Assembly: GCA_013265495.1 (NCBI GenBank) | Contig: MU058451.1 | Location: forward strand, 886,584-950,583 | Reading direction: 5' to 3' | DNA length: 64,000 nucleotides | From: Vicugna vicugna | Taxonomy: Eukaryota | Translations under genes and position numbers: made by a program | The notes under the pieces: generated by a model | The model's input: only the letters and a program-made list of their open reading frames with translations | What the model was told of the DNA's origin: nothing | Database searches by the model: none | Shown: piece by piece, positions 39,300-53,850 of the stretch | How positions within the stretch are numbered: position 1 is the first letter of the stretch | Layout: each line of letters opens with the position of its first letter

Positions 39300-40160
39300 C
39301 TACGAGAGAGCTTTTCTTGTTCATTCAATATGTTCCTCCTGGGAAACCGTAACCAATTTCATGGGTGATGACTTCAAACTCCCGCTGCTGAGCTTCAGAC
39401 CTGCTGCACTGCTGGAGTCCGCCTGCTGCTCAAAACACTTCAAGCTCAACAGCAGAAAACCAAATTCAGCATCTTCCTTCCAAAGCCAGCTAAGTGTCCC
39501 GGGTTTTCTAGCTCTACCTTACTGCCCAAGCCAGAAACTAAGATTCTAACGTCTCAGTTCGCTGCATTGGATATCATCCCCCTTCCTCTCCAGACGACTT
39601 TCTTAAGAGCTTTCCCATCTGCCCCCATACTGTTCCCACAACCATACAAAACCCTGGTGACGTCTCACCTGCTGACACCTGTGACTTCATGCTACAATTC
39701 ATCTCCATAGCAACGCCAAATATCCTTTAATGGTTACCCTTGGCATTCAATATGACATTCAACCTCCTTAGCAGAGGGTGCAAAGCCTTTCACGATCAGG
39801 CTCTTGACTCCCTTTCTGTCCTCTTACCTCACAACTGCACTGCAGGGGCTCTGTGCTTTCTGTCTACTCAAACTCTGTTCCTAAATGCCATGCTCTCTCA
39901 TGCCAAGGTGACATCTGGGGGGAGCATTTCTCCTGCCCTCGCAGCCCTGCCACCTCTCCCCCAGGCTGGGTTAGCCATCCTGCCTTTGGACCATACCAAT
40001 GTCCTCAGGTATCTCCATCACTGTGGAAATACACTGCAATATAGCTGTTCTTTTGCTTTTCTGTCTCCACCTCCCATCTTGGCTCTTTGAGGGCGGTGAT
40101 CATGTTTCATCTCTTCTCCTCAGTGCCAAGCAGAGTGTCCAGAACGGAGTGAGTAGGAGT
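39300..40160. mobile_element. Diverged L2 relic
   Basis: Pyrimidine-rich L2-like motifs, ending gagggcggtgatcatgtt...cagtgccaagcagagtgtcc. Confidence 0.5.
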
Positions 40161-42487
40161 GCATTTATAGCACTGTAGTTTTTTCTCTGTTATGTAGATA
40201 GAGGCAGCTAAAACAATATTTTTGTCTACTCAACAATGACCTGTGCACGTGTCTGTCATCTATCTGACAGCCTATCTACCTATCCACCTATCTCCAAACA
40301 TTCCCAAAACAGATTTTAGGCTGCTTGAGCAACCACTGTTTGTAAGTCGCAGTGAGAAACAAAGCTAACGGATAATACACCAGAGGAAACGCGTTCCGTT
40401 ACTGGGTCTGCTGTATTACAGCAGCGCGTGACGGCACCGAGATGCTGCTACTTCCTTTATAGAAACAGCCGGGTCACGGGACCCAGCTGGAGAGGTTTGT
40501 GCAGTGATATTTGGAAGAGGAAACCCCTGTTCCCACCTTAGCTTTACTATCACCTAACCAAGTGGCTTTGGGCAAAAATCACTTCAACTGGAGATAAGAC
40601 TGACTTCACAGTGTTGACAGAGAATCGAAGTCAGTGCTTTGGACTGACGTGAGAAGAGCTTGCCTAAAGCCTGCTGCCCACCCCCCCAACGTCACCTCCC
40701 ACACGGCAAGTCTCTGTCCCCTGCTGCAGACACCGCCAGCGAGCTCCACGAGCCATCCTTCCACACGCAAGGCTGGACGAGGACGAGGGAAGGAAAACAG
40801 ACCAGCACAACCGAAGGCACACGTGTCCTTTCCACACGAAGCCAGCATCCTCGTTTTCTACGAAAGGACAGCACGGCACGGGGTGATGGAAGCAGGTACA
40901 GCAGCTATTTAACTGCTGAAAGCAAACCTCCCCTTGTGGAGCCGGGGGTGGGAGGAAGATGTGAACAAGGAAAGGAGAGGAGCGCTCTGTGATGTGTCTG
41001 CAACTACTCGCATTTGCCAACTGAACACTGGCAGAGCTTTTGCTGGTGTCGTTTTTCTGGTATGATTTCTGTTGGAATTCTACACAGAAATTTTGGCAGC
41101 AAACCACTCATTGTCTCGCCCTTCATTCCCTAAGTCACCCCCCTCCCTCCCCAACAGGCCTACTGTCCAGTGTGTTGCATCAAAGATACTCCATAAACCA
41201 CAACAGCAGATCAGACTCTCTTACTGCTTCTGTGTGCCGGGGCTCGTTCTATGCACCGAACAGGTAGTCATGGATGGAATCCTCACACTGACACTAGGAG
41301 GTGGGTACCCTCATCATCCAATTTTACAGCTAAGAAACTGAGGCACAGAGGGGTCCTTTAAGAATAAACGAATTTGTGAATTCAACCTCTGGTACCCCTA
41401 GAACTGTAAGAGAACACATCACATAAATAGAGAGCTTTCAGTCCAGTTGGAACAGCTGAGTCATGATTATTCAACAATTTTCTAATTATAAGAATTATTA
41501 ACTATAGAAAATAAAAATATAAAGAAAATTTAGTTTAGTTCATGATAGTGTTATCCCGCCCTCAGAGATAAATCCTTTTCTTATTATAGAAATTATGTTT
41601 CATAACATTTTTAATGTGGAAAATCTTTTACCTTCTTTTGGATGGGTATACTTTTTTTTTTTTCCAAACTTAAAACTGGACCTACACTGTGTATCATTTT
41701 ATATCATACCTCTTGAATTGTGTTTTGGCACTAAGGATTTTGAAAATACCACTTAAAAAAGGATAACATCAAAATTTAACATCTTGGGCAATTTCAATTA
41801 TTTTTAGGACTGAATTTAGTCATTTACTTTTATAAAGTGAGTGTTTGCAAATTATTAAAATAGTAGTACTCACTGTAGACTATAACTTTAAAACATTTGG
41901 TAAAAATTAAAGAGACATAGGAGAGCCTTCTGTGGACCAAATGTGGTGTTAACTGCTTAGGCTTCAAGTGGACAAGTCATGGTCCCTGCCCTCAAGGGGC
42001 TCCCTCGTGGGGGACGGAAAGTAGGCAGGAAGTTGTAACACAGTACGGTAGGTATTTCTGCCGGGAGGAAGCCTCCTCTTCCACTACCGAACCCAGTCAC
42101 CTGCCTGCATCTGTACGCGGAGCTTCTGCCTGCCTTCCTACTGACGCCCAACCCTGGAACCTGGCTTCTGGATCCCACCCTCTCTTGCCTGGCAAGGACT
42201 TCTCTGTTTCGGTTGCTCCCTCTCCACATACCACCCATCTCTCCACCTCTGGTCCCTGTGCAAACTCTCAGTCAGTCTTACCTGTTTTCATTTCGTCAAC
42301 CCACATCTGATCTATTAGCAGATTCTGTCCGTGCTTCTACCAAATTATACTGTAAATTCTGCGACTTCTCACCATGTTTGGAACTGCCGCAGCCTCAGTC
42401 CAAAGCAACCATCTCCTAATTGGTCTCATGGGTTTCACTTTTGCCTCATTCCTCATATGATTCCTCATATGATTCCTACTGTGTGTA

Positions 42488-42520
<33 letters not shown>

Positions 42521-42535
42521 GTAATACCCTATATA

Positions 42536-42620
42536 ATATAGGGTATTACAAGGTATTGAATATAGTTCCCTGTGCTATACAGTAGGACCTTGTTTACCTA
42601 TTTTATATTACAGTAGTGAG
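42536..42620 (-). mobile_element. L1 3' UTR fragment next to a (TG)n(TA)n repeat
   Basis: tattacaaggtattgaatatagttccctgtgctatacagtagg is the reverse of the L1 3' UTR motif seen at 32030. Confidence 0.8.
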
Positions 42621-42709
42621 ACTGCATAGTTTTAAACTTGAAGTTACATAATGGTAGCTTTTAAAAATATATTTCCCTCCAATTTTTTAATATGCAATAA
42701 TTTACAAAA

Positions 42710-43125
42710 AATTAATAAACTTTACTTTTTAAAGATATATTAGGTTTACAGCAAAATTGGCCAGAAAATATAGAGATTTCCTACATACCCGCTGTTTCCA
42801 TACATATATAACCCCTTCTACTATCAACGTCTCACACCAGAGTGGTGCACTTGGTACAATCAGTGAAACGATACTGACACATTGTAGTTTATGTTAGGGT
42901 TCACTCTCAGTGTACTACGTTCTATGGGTTTGGACAAATGTACAGTGACATGCATCCACCACTGTAGTATCATACACAATAGTTTCACTGTCCTAAAAAT
43001 CCTCTGTGTTCCACCTAATTCATCTGTCTCTATCCCTAAGCCCTGGCAGCCAGCAGATCCGCAGTTTTGCCTTTTCCAGAATGTCCAGTGGTTGGACTCA
43101 CACAATATGTAGCCTTTCAGATTAT
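42710..43125 (-). mobile_element. L1MC-like 3' UTR
   Basis: Reverse-complement similarity to 10655-11115 (tagggttcactct, ttctatgggtttggacaaatg). Confidence 0.8.
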
Positions 43126-43344
43126 GGACCATAAACTTTAACATTAAAGCTACACTGTATCACATTAAAAACACTGTTCAGCCTATTTTGAAACTTGACA
43201 TGGACCATGACTATTTTCCCTACGTTTAATAAGCAGTCCTAAAACAATTTTCAGTGAGGATGTATCATGAATCTATTAATCTATTTTAGGACGTTTAAAA
43301 TATTTCTCCATGTTAGAGGTAAAAGACATCATGCAGGAGATAAC

Positions 43345-43545
43345 AGCATGGGGTGCGTGGCCTAGAAAGCACTGGCCCTGAGCTTGAACCTGCCGCTCAG
43401 TAGCGGTGTGGCCCTCTAAGCATCTCTTGGCTATTCCGTAAAGTGGAGAGAACAGCGCTCCCGTCACAGAAATGCCAGAGCACTAAGTGGAATAATGCGT
43501 GGAAAGCACTGAGGACAAGTTCAATAAATGTTTATTACTATTGTA
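43345..43545 (+). mobile_element. MIR relic
   Basis: cagcatggggtgcgtggcctagaaagcactgg...taatgcgtggaaagcactgagg...caataaatgtt. Confidence 0.6.
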
Positions 43546-46500
43546 TCAGTTCTCTGCTTACAACTCCTTTCTTGGAATAGAAGCTAAAAGTGAAATTGCT
43601 GAGTAATAGGATCAACATACTAGGGTCCTGAATACGTGTCATCAAGCTACTTTTCTGAAAACTTGTACTAATTTATACCCTCCTCAGGAATGCACACAAG
43701 TGTCGTCTTAGTACACAGTAGCCCGTATCACTGATTTTAAGTCTCCGCCAATTTGATGGGCAACAGGCTGAACACTTACTCTCTGACATTTCTGGGTACT
43801 AGAGGCGAAGACGCAACACGATTATTTCCTTGGCCTTTGACTCATCAAACCCCGGTCTACTGAGACCAGAGCCTTTGGTCTCAGACATTTTCTGCATAGA
43901 AAATATGAAAACGAGGAGCTACAAAAAGTATGTGCTTTTAAAAATCAGAGCTGGGACAGGAGTCTCCATATCAAAGGCCCAAGAAAGGGCTGCATATTCA
44001 CGTGGTAAAGCCTGACACCAAAGAATCCTCTGGTCTGTCCCGACTAACCGAGGCACTAGGATTGTGAAGGACAGAGTTGAAGGCAGCTTTTCACTTGATA
44101 CTTCCCAGCCCTGACCCTGCGGCCTGAGAGCAGACTCCTGGAGGCCACCATGTTGGTAACACCGGTTAGGATGGTAACCATGACGCCAGTGAGATGACAT
44201 TAACACCAGACGGAAAGAGAAAATTCAATATAAGTGTGCGCCTTATTTTTCAATAGACTTATATCCATCTTGATGAAATATTTTCCTTTAAACATCCATC
44301 AGGAGATCCAGCGGCAAGTTACATTGAAACATTATCATATTCAGAAGGCCTTTCCTCTGCTTGCAGATTACCTTTCAATAAAAATCCAACAGAAAGAGCT
44401 CTTTCCCCATTAAGTTAGAAAGAGGAAGACTTTACTAAAGAACCTGAAAAAAGCCTCCAATGTTGTACTGTGATTCATAAAAAAATAACTTCCATATAAG
44501 CACCATTGGATTGCACACGGAGATCTTTTGATAAAATGATATGCAGGGAATAGCCAGACGTGGAAACAAGAAAGGCAGGAGTGCACCCAGGACCTCTAGT
44601 CTAAACCCTCCTCTGGGGGTGTGGGTGGGGGTGAGGGTGAGGGTGTGGAATATTATTTCCTTTGATAATTGTGTCTTCCTGTCACACATCTCCCTTCACA
44701 AGTCAAACAGTCACACATTTTTAACGGTTCAAAAAACCAAGCTTTCTCCTTTTTATTTATTTTTTCCGGAAGTGCCAACAGAATTACTTCAAACTGTGAT
44801 TGCTTTTGTTAAAAACTGTCACCACGTGAGATGACAAATAGGACTTTTAAAACTAAAAATGGTTCACTTCTTTATGTCTTAGAGCACAAGTAGGATATTT
44901 CTAAATTGCGAAAATCATATCCAAAATTTCCTAAATAATATCGTTAAAACCATTTTAAGCTTTAAGACTTTGAAGTTTAGTACTCTGATAACACAAGGGC
45001 TGTCCCTGGAAGCTCCTCATAGTGTATTTCATTATTCAGAATCTCTTTTAAGCCACAGCTGTGAACTAACCAAATTATACAGAGGAGCTGGCAAAAAGTT
45101 AAGATTTAAAAAAAAAATGAGGCCAAATGTCAACAATTAGAGTTCAGAAATCACACTTCGTGCTAACCAATAGGTTGTTAATCTCCTTGAAATTACATGT
45201 ACTATAGACCTTAAAATGCTAAAAACATGTAATTAAAATATATTAAAATATTTATGTCCCTTACCACAGCACATTGCTAATTGGAGTGTGAAATCAGGCA
45301 TTACCACATCATTTTTGCCTGATGAGATAATTTTGGTTTTCTAAAGAATACTACGCTCATACATTTATTTTCGCCAGGAAACAACTTTACTTTTTATCGT
45401 GAAAGAAACTAACATTTGCTATGGCCAATCTGAGACTTGTTGAGTTACAAAAATATAAAATGAAAGATTTAAATAAGTCTACGAACCAATTTATTTTTAA
45501 AATATTGTGCAAAATATAGAGCAAGTAAACCATTTCCAAAGACAGAGGCTAAGTGAACCTTTCATTTGTCCTTTTGCTGACACCTTAATATTATTCTCAA
45601 ATAAAATAGCTTAAAAATCAACTTTTGTATGGTTACAAGCTTAAATAATTTTCCGTGATTGATTTTTACATTTGGCTGAATTAGACCTTCATTCTCTTTT
45701 CTACTTTAGTTATAAGAAAGAGTCCTCATGCCAAGAATAGAATCTGATATCACAATATCTATGCAGATATCCCTAGTTGTTGTTTTAAATTTGGGCTTAT
45801 GAAAAAACTGCATTCTCTACATATCTACACTAGAACTTTAATTATTTACTCTTATTTCAGATCTTCTCCCTTTATAGTCCAGTGTTGAATAAGTCAGTAA
45901 ACAAATAAAAATCTGGCTGTATCCCATCAAAACGGAGGCAGGCAGTTTTTCTCTCTACATTATACCAAGTTACTACTTTGCCCAAGTTCTCACTTTCCAC
46001 CACACAGTCCTGGCACTGTACAGAGAAGCTCTGGCACTTTAAGAAGGCAGAGTTTAAAAACAGTAGAAAATTACTACTAATTTTTTCTTGATGGGTGCTA
46101 TTAACACTTATTAACATCAATAAGAGTAACCAGGTTGTACCCAAGACAAAATATCCGCCCAGTCTGTGTCACTGGAAACAAATGGAAACACGGGAAAGGA
46201 ATTTTAACGTACCAGTGAAATACGAAATTTTTTGGTGCTGTTCTCTTATGAAATGAATCACAACCATAAATCAGAAACAGCTTTTCAAAGTAAGTATGAT
46301 TATTAAGCTTTTCTAAAGGCAATTCTGAATTTGTCACTTATATGGACTAATTCTACCTTTAAAAATAGTAATGCCTTACATATAATCTCCTTAAAGAAAA
46401 CAAGCACTTGAAAATGCAAAACATTTTTGTATTTTACCCTAAGTGTAAAAATAAATATTTCACTAAGGAATGGGGAAAAAATGAAGCACATTTAAATAAT

Positions 46501-47533
46501 TTTATTGCACTGGAAGTTGCCAATTCGTCTGCGAGTAGTTTCACTGCAGACGAAAAGAAATCAAAATACAGGACAGATGGAGAACAAACTGCGTTTCAGT
46601 TCTGCGACACGCTGGCTTTTTTCAAATGATTTTAGCTCATCTATTAAATAAGGTGCATTTTGCTTGATTTTGAAAAGGGAAACATCAGGAAATATTTAAA
46701 GGCCAATTGCTGCCAATTAACTTTGATCAGTAAAAGTTCTATTTGAATCTTTCAGATTCTTCTCCTGTCTGAAATAACATACATTTATAAAATCTAGCAA
46801 AACAACAACGTGATGATTAATGCCTGTTGGCAGCCCTTCCACCAGCTTGCTTAAGAGCAGGGTTTAAATAAACAGCTATCTCTATTGAGAAGAGAGTGGA
46901 ATGTAGAAGTTATAAGTCAAGTTTTCTCATTATGGAGATATTAAAAAAAAAAAACTTCCTTCTAATCAAGATCAGCATGTTTGTCATTACCTGTAACACA
47001 TTTAACCAGCCATCTTACAAAAGTTTCCGCTCGAATGATAATGGACAAACAAGACCATCAGCAGTTTGACATAAGGCAACCGAAAAAGCAGACGCCTGAC
47101 TGAAACACAACCAGTTGGGCCAACCAGACAGAAAAGCATCTGACCCAGTATCATAAGAGTCTAACATGGACAGCATAGCAAGGGTCACAAATTCTGGATT
47201 TCTACTGTCTTCTGAACACACTGCCTTCATTCCAAAGGTCAGGACTTGCTTGTGTTTTACCCTGGTGGATTCTAAGGGTAATCCATCTCAACAGTGATCA
47301 TGTAACTGAGAAATCTGTAGCTTCTGATAATCAACACGGTTTAACATTTAAGATTCTTGACATCAACTTTTAATCCTTATCAATGGTCATGTGGACCAGA
47401 ACTTTAAAATGAAACAGCCATAGTAAAGCAAAACAGAAATTCCATGAAGGCAAAATACATGACCATATAATCTCATTATTTCAGTTATATATACTCAAAA
47501 AATTATACCCCATTGTCATTTTAAGACCAATCA

Positions 47534-47692
<159 letters not shown>

Positions 47693-50600
47693 TCAGGAAC
47701 ATGCGTACTTCAGGTTACAGGAAGGAGGGTGTCACGCTGAGAGGGAGTTTGCATCAGGAAAGGCCAAAAGGGCTTGGGCTCCGGCTGCTTTTCGAGTGTG
47801 TGGTGTACTCTGGATGCAAACTTCAGTGACTTATTTAAAGAGTGCCCCTAATATTGTTGGTACTTTGCATAAAGAAGGAAAAACTCGCTGCTTAAAAAAA
47901 ATTACAAAAATATAAAACCTAGGGTTACTTAAACAAAAAAGTAGAGAAAACTCATCTTCACGTCTGTTTCGGGAGCAAGAAATTCAGTGAATCGGGAAGA
48001 CATTGTTTATGTTATGCCGCAATCCATCAAGCAATCTAAAAGCATTGCTACAAACATCAGAAAACAGACACAGAGCTGATTCATTTCAGAAGGGTGGTAA
48101 ATACCAGTTTTACTCCAGATGATAACTATCATTACTGTTTATTTGCTCGGACTACCTGCCAATTTGGAACATACTCAAAATAGGAAATGCTGGCCACTCT
48201 GACCAGCTAGCTTGCTGTCCAGCTCGGGAAGGTGATCTTGACATCCTTGTGACACTATCCAGCCATCAAACAGCCAGTACAACACAGAGGGAGGGAGCAG
48301 CGTTCTGAGATGCACAGTGGTGTCTACCCAACGCTGTCTGTCCCACACATCATACCCTGATGATACCTGCTGGCCCCGAGACAGGGGATGTGGAGATACT
48401 GGCAAGGTGCTACTGTGTCATGGTGTTACTGTATTCACTATGAATTGAACGCAGGAAGCAACACTGTTCATGGTGAACATCCTGCATAATTAGTGAAGAA
48501 GAAGAATTCTGGAGAGGATGTATTCAGGAATGTAATGTGAGTTTTTGAAGTTTTTATTGGCATTCTAATAGCAACATCAACTTCCACTTGTCTGGCATTT
48601 TAGATTTTTCCAAAGAACAATAATTTCTGATATTTTATTATCACAGCAAAACTTTGGACCCTACATGTATGTGTATCACCATTTACTTAGAGAAATTATG
48701 CCTTCACATAGGTCACCCTTCTGGCTGGAGTGCACTCTGTGTATCACCAGTCTTTGAGTCTTACAGTGGAGAACATAAAACCCAGAGAAAATAAAAGAGT
48801 CTTGCTTTCTAACACTGTCCAACATAAACCTTGTACATTTTTTTTTCTATTGTCTTCATTCCAAAGGTCAGGACTTGCTTGTGTCTTACTCCCCACCCTC
48901 CACGTATCTAAAGTCCATCATGACCTTGAGTAATGACCTCAAGTCCCATCTTCTCATGGGCCGTGGGAAGTAGCAACAAGTGGTAGAAGGAGAGCCCTAA
49001 GCCCAGAGGCCAGGCCCTACCCTTGCTCTCCCACTTTGGTGTCTTTATTTTATTGAGCCTCAGTTTACTCATCTAATAAATCAGATAGCTAGATGGCAAC
49101 TACGCTGCTCTCCTATAGGGGAAAAAAAAAATCTCCATGTCCTAATTGGATACAATCACATATGTTTATACACCTTTGAGAAAGCAGGGTTCTGGGATGG
49201 TGGATGGGGGTGGGGACTCGTGGGGTGCCAGCCACAGGCCAATCAGCTGTGGCCAGGGAGGCGGAGTCAACACCATCACTGCATCACCCATCCCACTCAC
49301 TCCGCCCACCCCACTAGCACCACCACCCCCTCAGCATCTAGCAGGAGTCCCTGAGAAGGACCAGAGGAGGGTTGGGGATGATATGGCAGGATAACAATGT
49401 GGCCTCAATTCCCCTCTCACGGAAGCCTTCTCTGCCAGCCAAATGGCAGTAGAAAGGAGGCAGAATACACAGTATTGCCAAAAATCTGGGGTTAGACTGG
49501 TAAAGGGGCAAAAGCAAATACCCCAGGGTTTGTAAGTGTACAGGCAGGAAATAAAAACACAGGGGTTTACTGAATGTCCAAGAACTGTGTGGGGAGGGAC
49601 AAATGAAAACACGTCCCTCAAATTTCCTGTGCCTTGTTAAATCGTCCCTGCTTAATACCACCTAAAATCTATGAAATTCTGTAGGTTGTAGAAGAATTAA
49701 AAACAGTTTAGAAGTAAGTAAAGAAAAACTCCCATTGACTCTTTGTTTCATAGGAAACTGCTCACTCACAAGAATTCTAAGTATCAGTAAGCCTGCTGGA
49801 AAAAAAAAATGCTCAAATACAGCCTAGAGGAGAATTAACCAGGAGGGGAAGTTCAAACAGCTGTTTCTAAAACAAAACACCTGACTCAGGTGTGCACTTC
49901 ATCTAGTTGAGGCCAATAAAAATACACTGACTTGTCTCCTAACCATGTCAATGAATCTTTTTATGTGGCAAGGCAGTGAGATTCACCACGTTTATTTAGT
50001 TGGCAATTCTGTAATTTATGTGCCATGATATCGTTACTTTTGAAAAAGGATTATTTCCCCCTGATATGGTTGCTTACTTATGCCACCCTCAAAAGAATTA
50101 CTCCATTGTTTTTTAATGTGTACCACACTCTAACTCTTCTTCATAAATTACAGTCATGACTTGTGAGTCGGAATAGTAATAAATTTTAAAAGCATGTTCA
50201 GTTTTGTGGTCAAATATAACACAGATGTTGGCCTTATTTACCTTCTAATGTTTTTCTCTTTTGCTAATAGCTGTCATTCCTTAATAGTTTTCATACCTGC
50301 CACTCCACGACATTGTCAGGAAACACTGACTGAATCAAAAGAACAGTGTGATAGTTAACTGGGATGAGAGACTCTTAGAATTGGAAGAGGGATTCTAGTC
50401 AAGCGCAGTGTTGGTCAAACATCTTTAAACCACAATCCACGGTAAAAAATATATTTTACACCATGATCTAGCAACATTCCTCTCTCTCTTTCACACACAC
50501 ACACAGACACAAACACACACACAGAACTGAAATAGCTGAAACCTGAGTTTGGCAAAACAAGGCTTTGCACACTGTGTGGAGTGTATGCTGTCATTTTCCA

Positions 50601-52069
50601 TTTCATCACCCACTAATGTGTGTCTATAGTTTGAAAAGGAGGTTCTAGAGAAGGCTGACTTTTGATTTCAGAGACAGGAAAACTGACTTGTAGCAATGCT
50701 GTGATTTGCTGGTGGTTAACAGTGGTCAGCGTGCAAAGCTATCTCACCCTACGTGTTTTACTAAAAGGAGACTTAGCCAGGATAGTAGGCAGACAACTGT
50801 GGTCACAGATACAAGTCAGATGTTGCAGAAGCTAAAACTGAAGAGCTAATAAACTAGCCACAGCTTGATGGCTTCTTTTGGCATATTTAGACGGAGAAAG
50901 AAAAGACATATTTTTTAGACCCAAAGTGAGACATTAAAATCACCATGTCTATGGCTTAATCTTACTCTTCTTGTGTTTTGCAGTAACAAATTCCAGAGCT
51001 GCAGTTGTGAAATGGTGGCTTTCAAAACACCATTTTTTTGCTATTATCACTTTTGAAAAATTATTCAGAACTTTGCCTCCACTTCAAAGAAACATTTCAT
51101 TTTAAGTAAACCTTGTTGCCAAATGTTTCCATTCTTTTCTGAACTTGACTCCTCTGCGGTGTCTGCCACTGCTGTCTAATTTCTTCTTAACATTTCTCCT
51201 TCCCTGATGTCTATAACACCATCAATCTTTTCTGGGTATCTTCCTAGAATCTGATCATCCATCACCTATCCCTTAAGTGATGTTGGTCGCTAGGACTGTT
51301 TTCATCCATTCCTATTCATACTGCCTCACAGACCACAACACACTCATGTCTTCATCCGCCACCCTACTCCCCTCTATTAAATCTTAGACCTCATTTGTAG
51401 GTCCATATATAATCACTACTGGTCAGTTGTACTTGATACCATGCAGAGCACCTGAAACTCAATGGGCAGCAATTTGGATTCATCATATTTCCCTGGAAAC
51501 CTACTGTTTTCCTGCGTCAGGAGAATGGTACCCTACTGGCCCCAAGTCTTGGCATTCTTCTAAAAAGCCTCTCTTTACTTCCATATCAACTCAATCACAA
51601 TCTCCTGCCACTTGGATCTCCAATTCCATGCCTTCCTTACACTCACCATCATTTTCTTCCCCGCCCCATATTTTTTTTTGTAAGTATGTGCAGTAGCATA
51701 ACTCACTGGATCAGTCTCCCTCTGACATGAATACATAGAAGTCTCTGCAACTCACACGCCCACGTCCTGCATCCCTGCACAGGGCTTCTCCCACTGACCT
51801 CCATCAGTCCAGAGTCTCCTCCCTGACTCCTCTCAGCCAGGCGTGGCAGCTGCTACGTGTCACACCTGTCTATGCTATTGCAGAGCCACACTCCTGTATC
51901 TTGATCTCTCCATCCTTGAGACGGAGCACAATGCCTGGCGCAAGGGCTTTCCCAAAGTTTGGCGGAGGAGTAAATGAATGAAAGTAATAAACAATGGGTG
52001 CTTCAAATAATTCTAATGAAGAAAAACTATTAAATTTGATCTTTAGTTAGTTGTCAGTGTTCAGTTGTC

Positions 52070-52072
<3 letters not shown>

Positions 52073-52100
<28 letters not shown>
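52073..52100. repeat. Poly(A) run, 28 nt
   Basis: Directly visible. Confidence 0.9.
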
Positions 52101-53639
52101 CATAAGGCAAAAATGGACATTTGATTCCTAAAGTCATTCTATCTCCATAAAATAGTATTAAACTTGTTCATTTGTAATTTGTACCTGATTAAAGAGCAGC
52201 CCATTTTTAGAATAGCTGCTTACAAAGCCTTATCTATTTGATGCAGTGGCTAAGACTCGCATAAGATCAGCATACAATTATCTATTTTTTAAACTCATCA
52301 GTGGTATGCATTACCACATCTTGCAAAATATATTCTTATGTGCTCTGCAGTTTAGTTCCCAGGTGAAAATTGAATAGTTCAGTGAAGAGTCTCAAATAGA
52401 GAGAATACAGTCATATAATTCTATTTTTGTCCTTGTTTAATACAAAAATTTACTAGAGTGTATATTTACTATATAGTGTAAATTTTCTATAGTTCTTATG
52501 CCAAAGAAATTCTGTTAGCTGTTTCTTTTACTAAAACAAGACAGACAGCATCCAACACCTCACAGACAGGCATGAAATTTAACCCGGATCTTAAATTATT
52601 TTGATGCGATATTAAAGTGCAAAATTCTGCTGAAAGTCATGAAAATAAGGCGCAGGAACTCACTGCAATGCTGGACTACCCAGGGCTGTTTCACGTAAGT
52701 CAAAGATGGTTATGTTTATTGAAGAGAAAGCAACATTATATAGAAAAATTAACTATAAATGAAATCTGCTGAATGTGGACCCAGGCCTAAAACAATTGTT
52801 TTGCTTTCAACCACTATCCAGGGATCTTTAATTACCCCATTGCCTCAAGATCTTTTACTCCTGTTTCTAGAACACAGAACCGCCCACAGAGATTAAAGTT
52901 ATCATCATCCTATATTCAAATTATCAGCATCGTCCCTGGCCAGCAGTCATTCTTTTACTGTTTCTTGATTTTTTTTTTCAGCCTGAGCACTGCACACTAA
53001 ATCTTCTTGTGATGAAAATGCTTTAAAAAGAAGAAAGAAATTCGAGACAAAATTACTGCATAGAAATGTTGAAATGCCATTAAATTCATCCTCTAGGGAG
53101 ACTCATGTCAGTCTTGAATTCACATGTTGAAATTCTATAATCAGATGTGAAGTAATGAAAGAAAAGGGTGCCTATAAATGCATGAGGGTATTGAACATTG
53201 GAAAACTAGGATATGGTCTGTTGTTGCCCTGTTTTGTTTTACAGATGAGCTAGGGCATTTGATAAACTTTAAGGGCCATTGCAAATGCGCTTTTCAGTAA
53301 GCACAATTCATAGCGATTCAGAAATTTGATCTCACCAAGACTCAACCACCAGAGGAAGACATTGTTGTCACTGCAGGGCTGTGCCACAGATTCCACACTT
53401 CCATCTAAGAATTCTCTTAGGATGACAAATAATGAAACTCCTTGTGATCTGAGCTTACAAGGATGCCATCCAGCGCAACTCTTGACTGAACTAGATCTAA
53501 CACTAATCCTAACACAAGGCATTAGCAGGGGTTCTCTTTTGCTACATGTCACAGAAATGGAAGGAGTTTATTCTAAGATAATTGTGCTCCTAGCCTGCAG
53601 GCATGCACGGTAGAAGGACACCGGAAGTGCACAAGTTCA

Positions 53640-53850
53640 TGGTGGTCATTCTGCAGGCTTTGCAGTCAGAGTCTAGATTGGAATTCTAACTTTGTTATTT
53701 ACTAGATGGGTGATGGGCAGGTTCAGTTACTTAACTCCTGGGCTTCATTAGTGAAATAGGAATAAAACAGGTTTATTTGAGAGATTAAATTGGTCATATA
53801 TTTAAAATTCCGAACATAGCCCAGTGCCTGGCAAGTATTAAGCTGCTCTG
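53640..53850 (+). mobile_element. MIR relic
   Basis: ggctttgcagtcagagt...tttactagatgggtgatgggcagg...gaacatagcccagtgcctggcaagta. Confidence 0.65.

Noticed and set aside
43860..43884. Hairpin ctgagacca...tggtctcag
   Set aside because: A 9-bp stem is too short for a pre-miRNA and has no supporting context.
52045..52100. Poly(A)28 preceded by duplicated agttgtcagt as a possible retrocopy tail
   Set aside because: No upstream body and no flanking TSD after the run; simple homopolymer.
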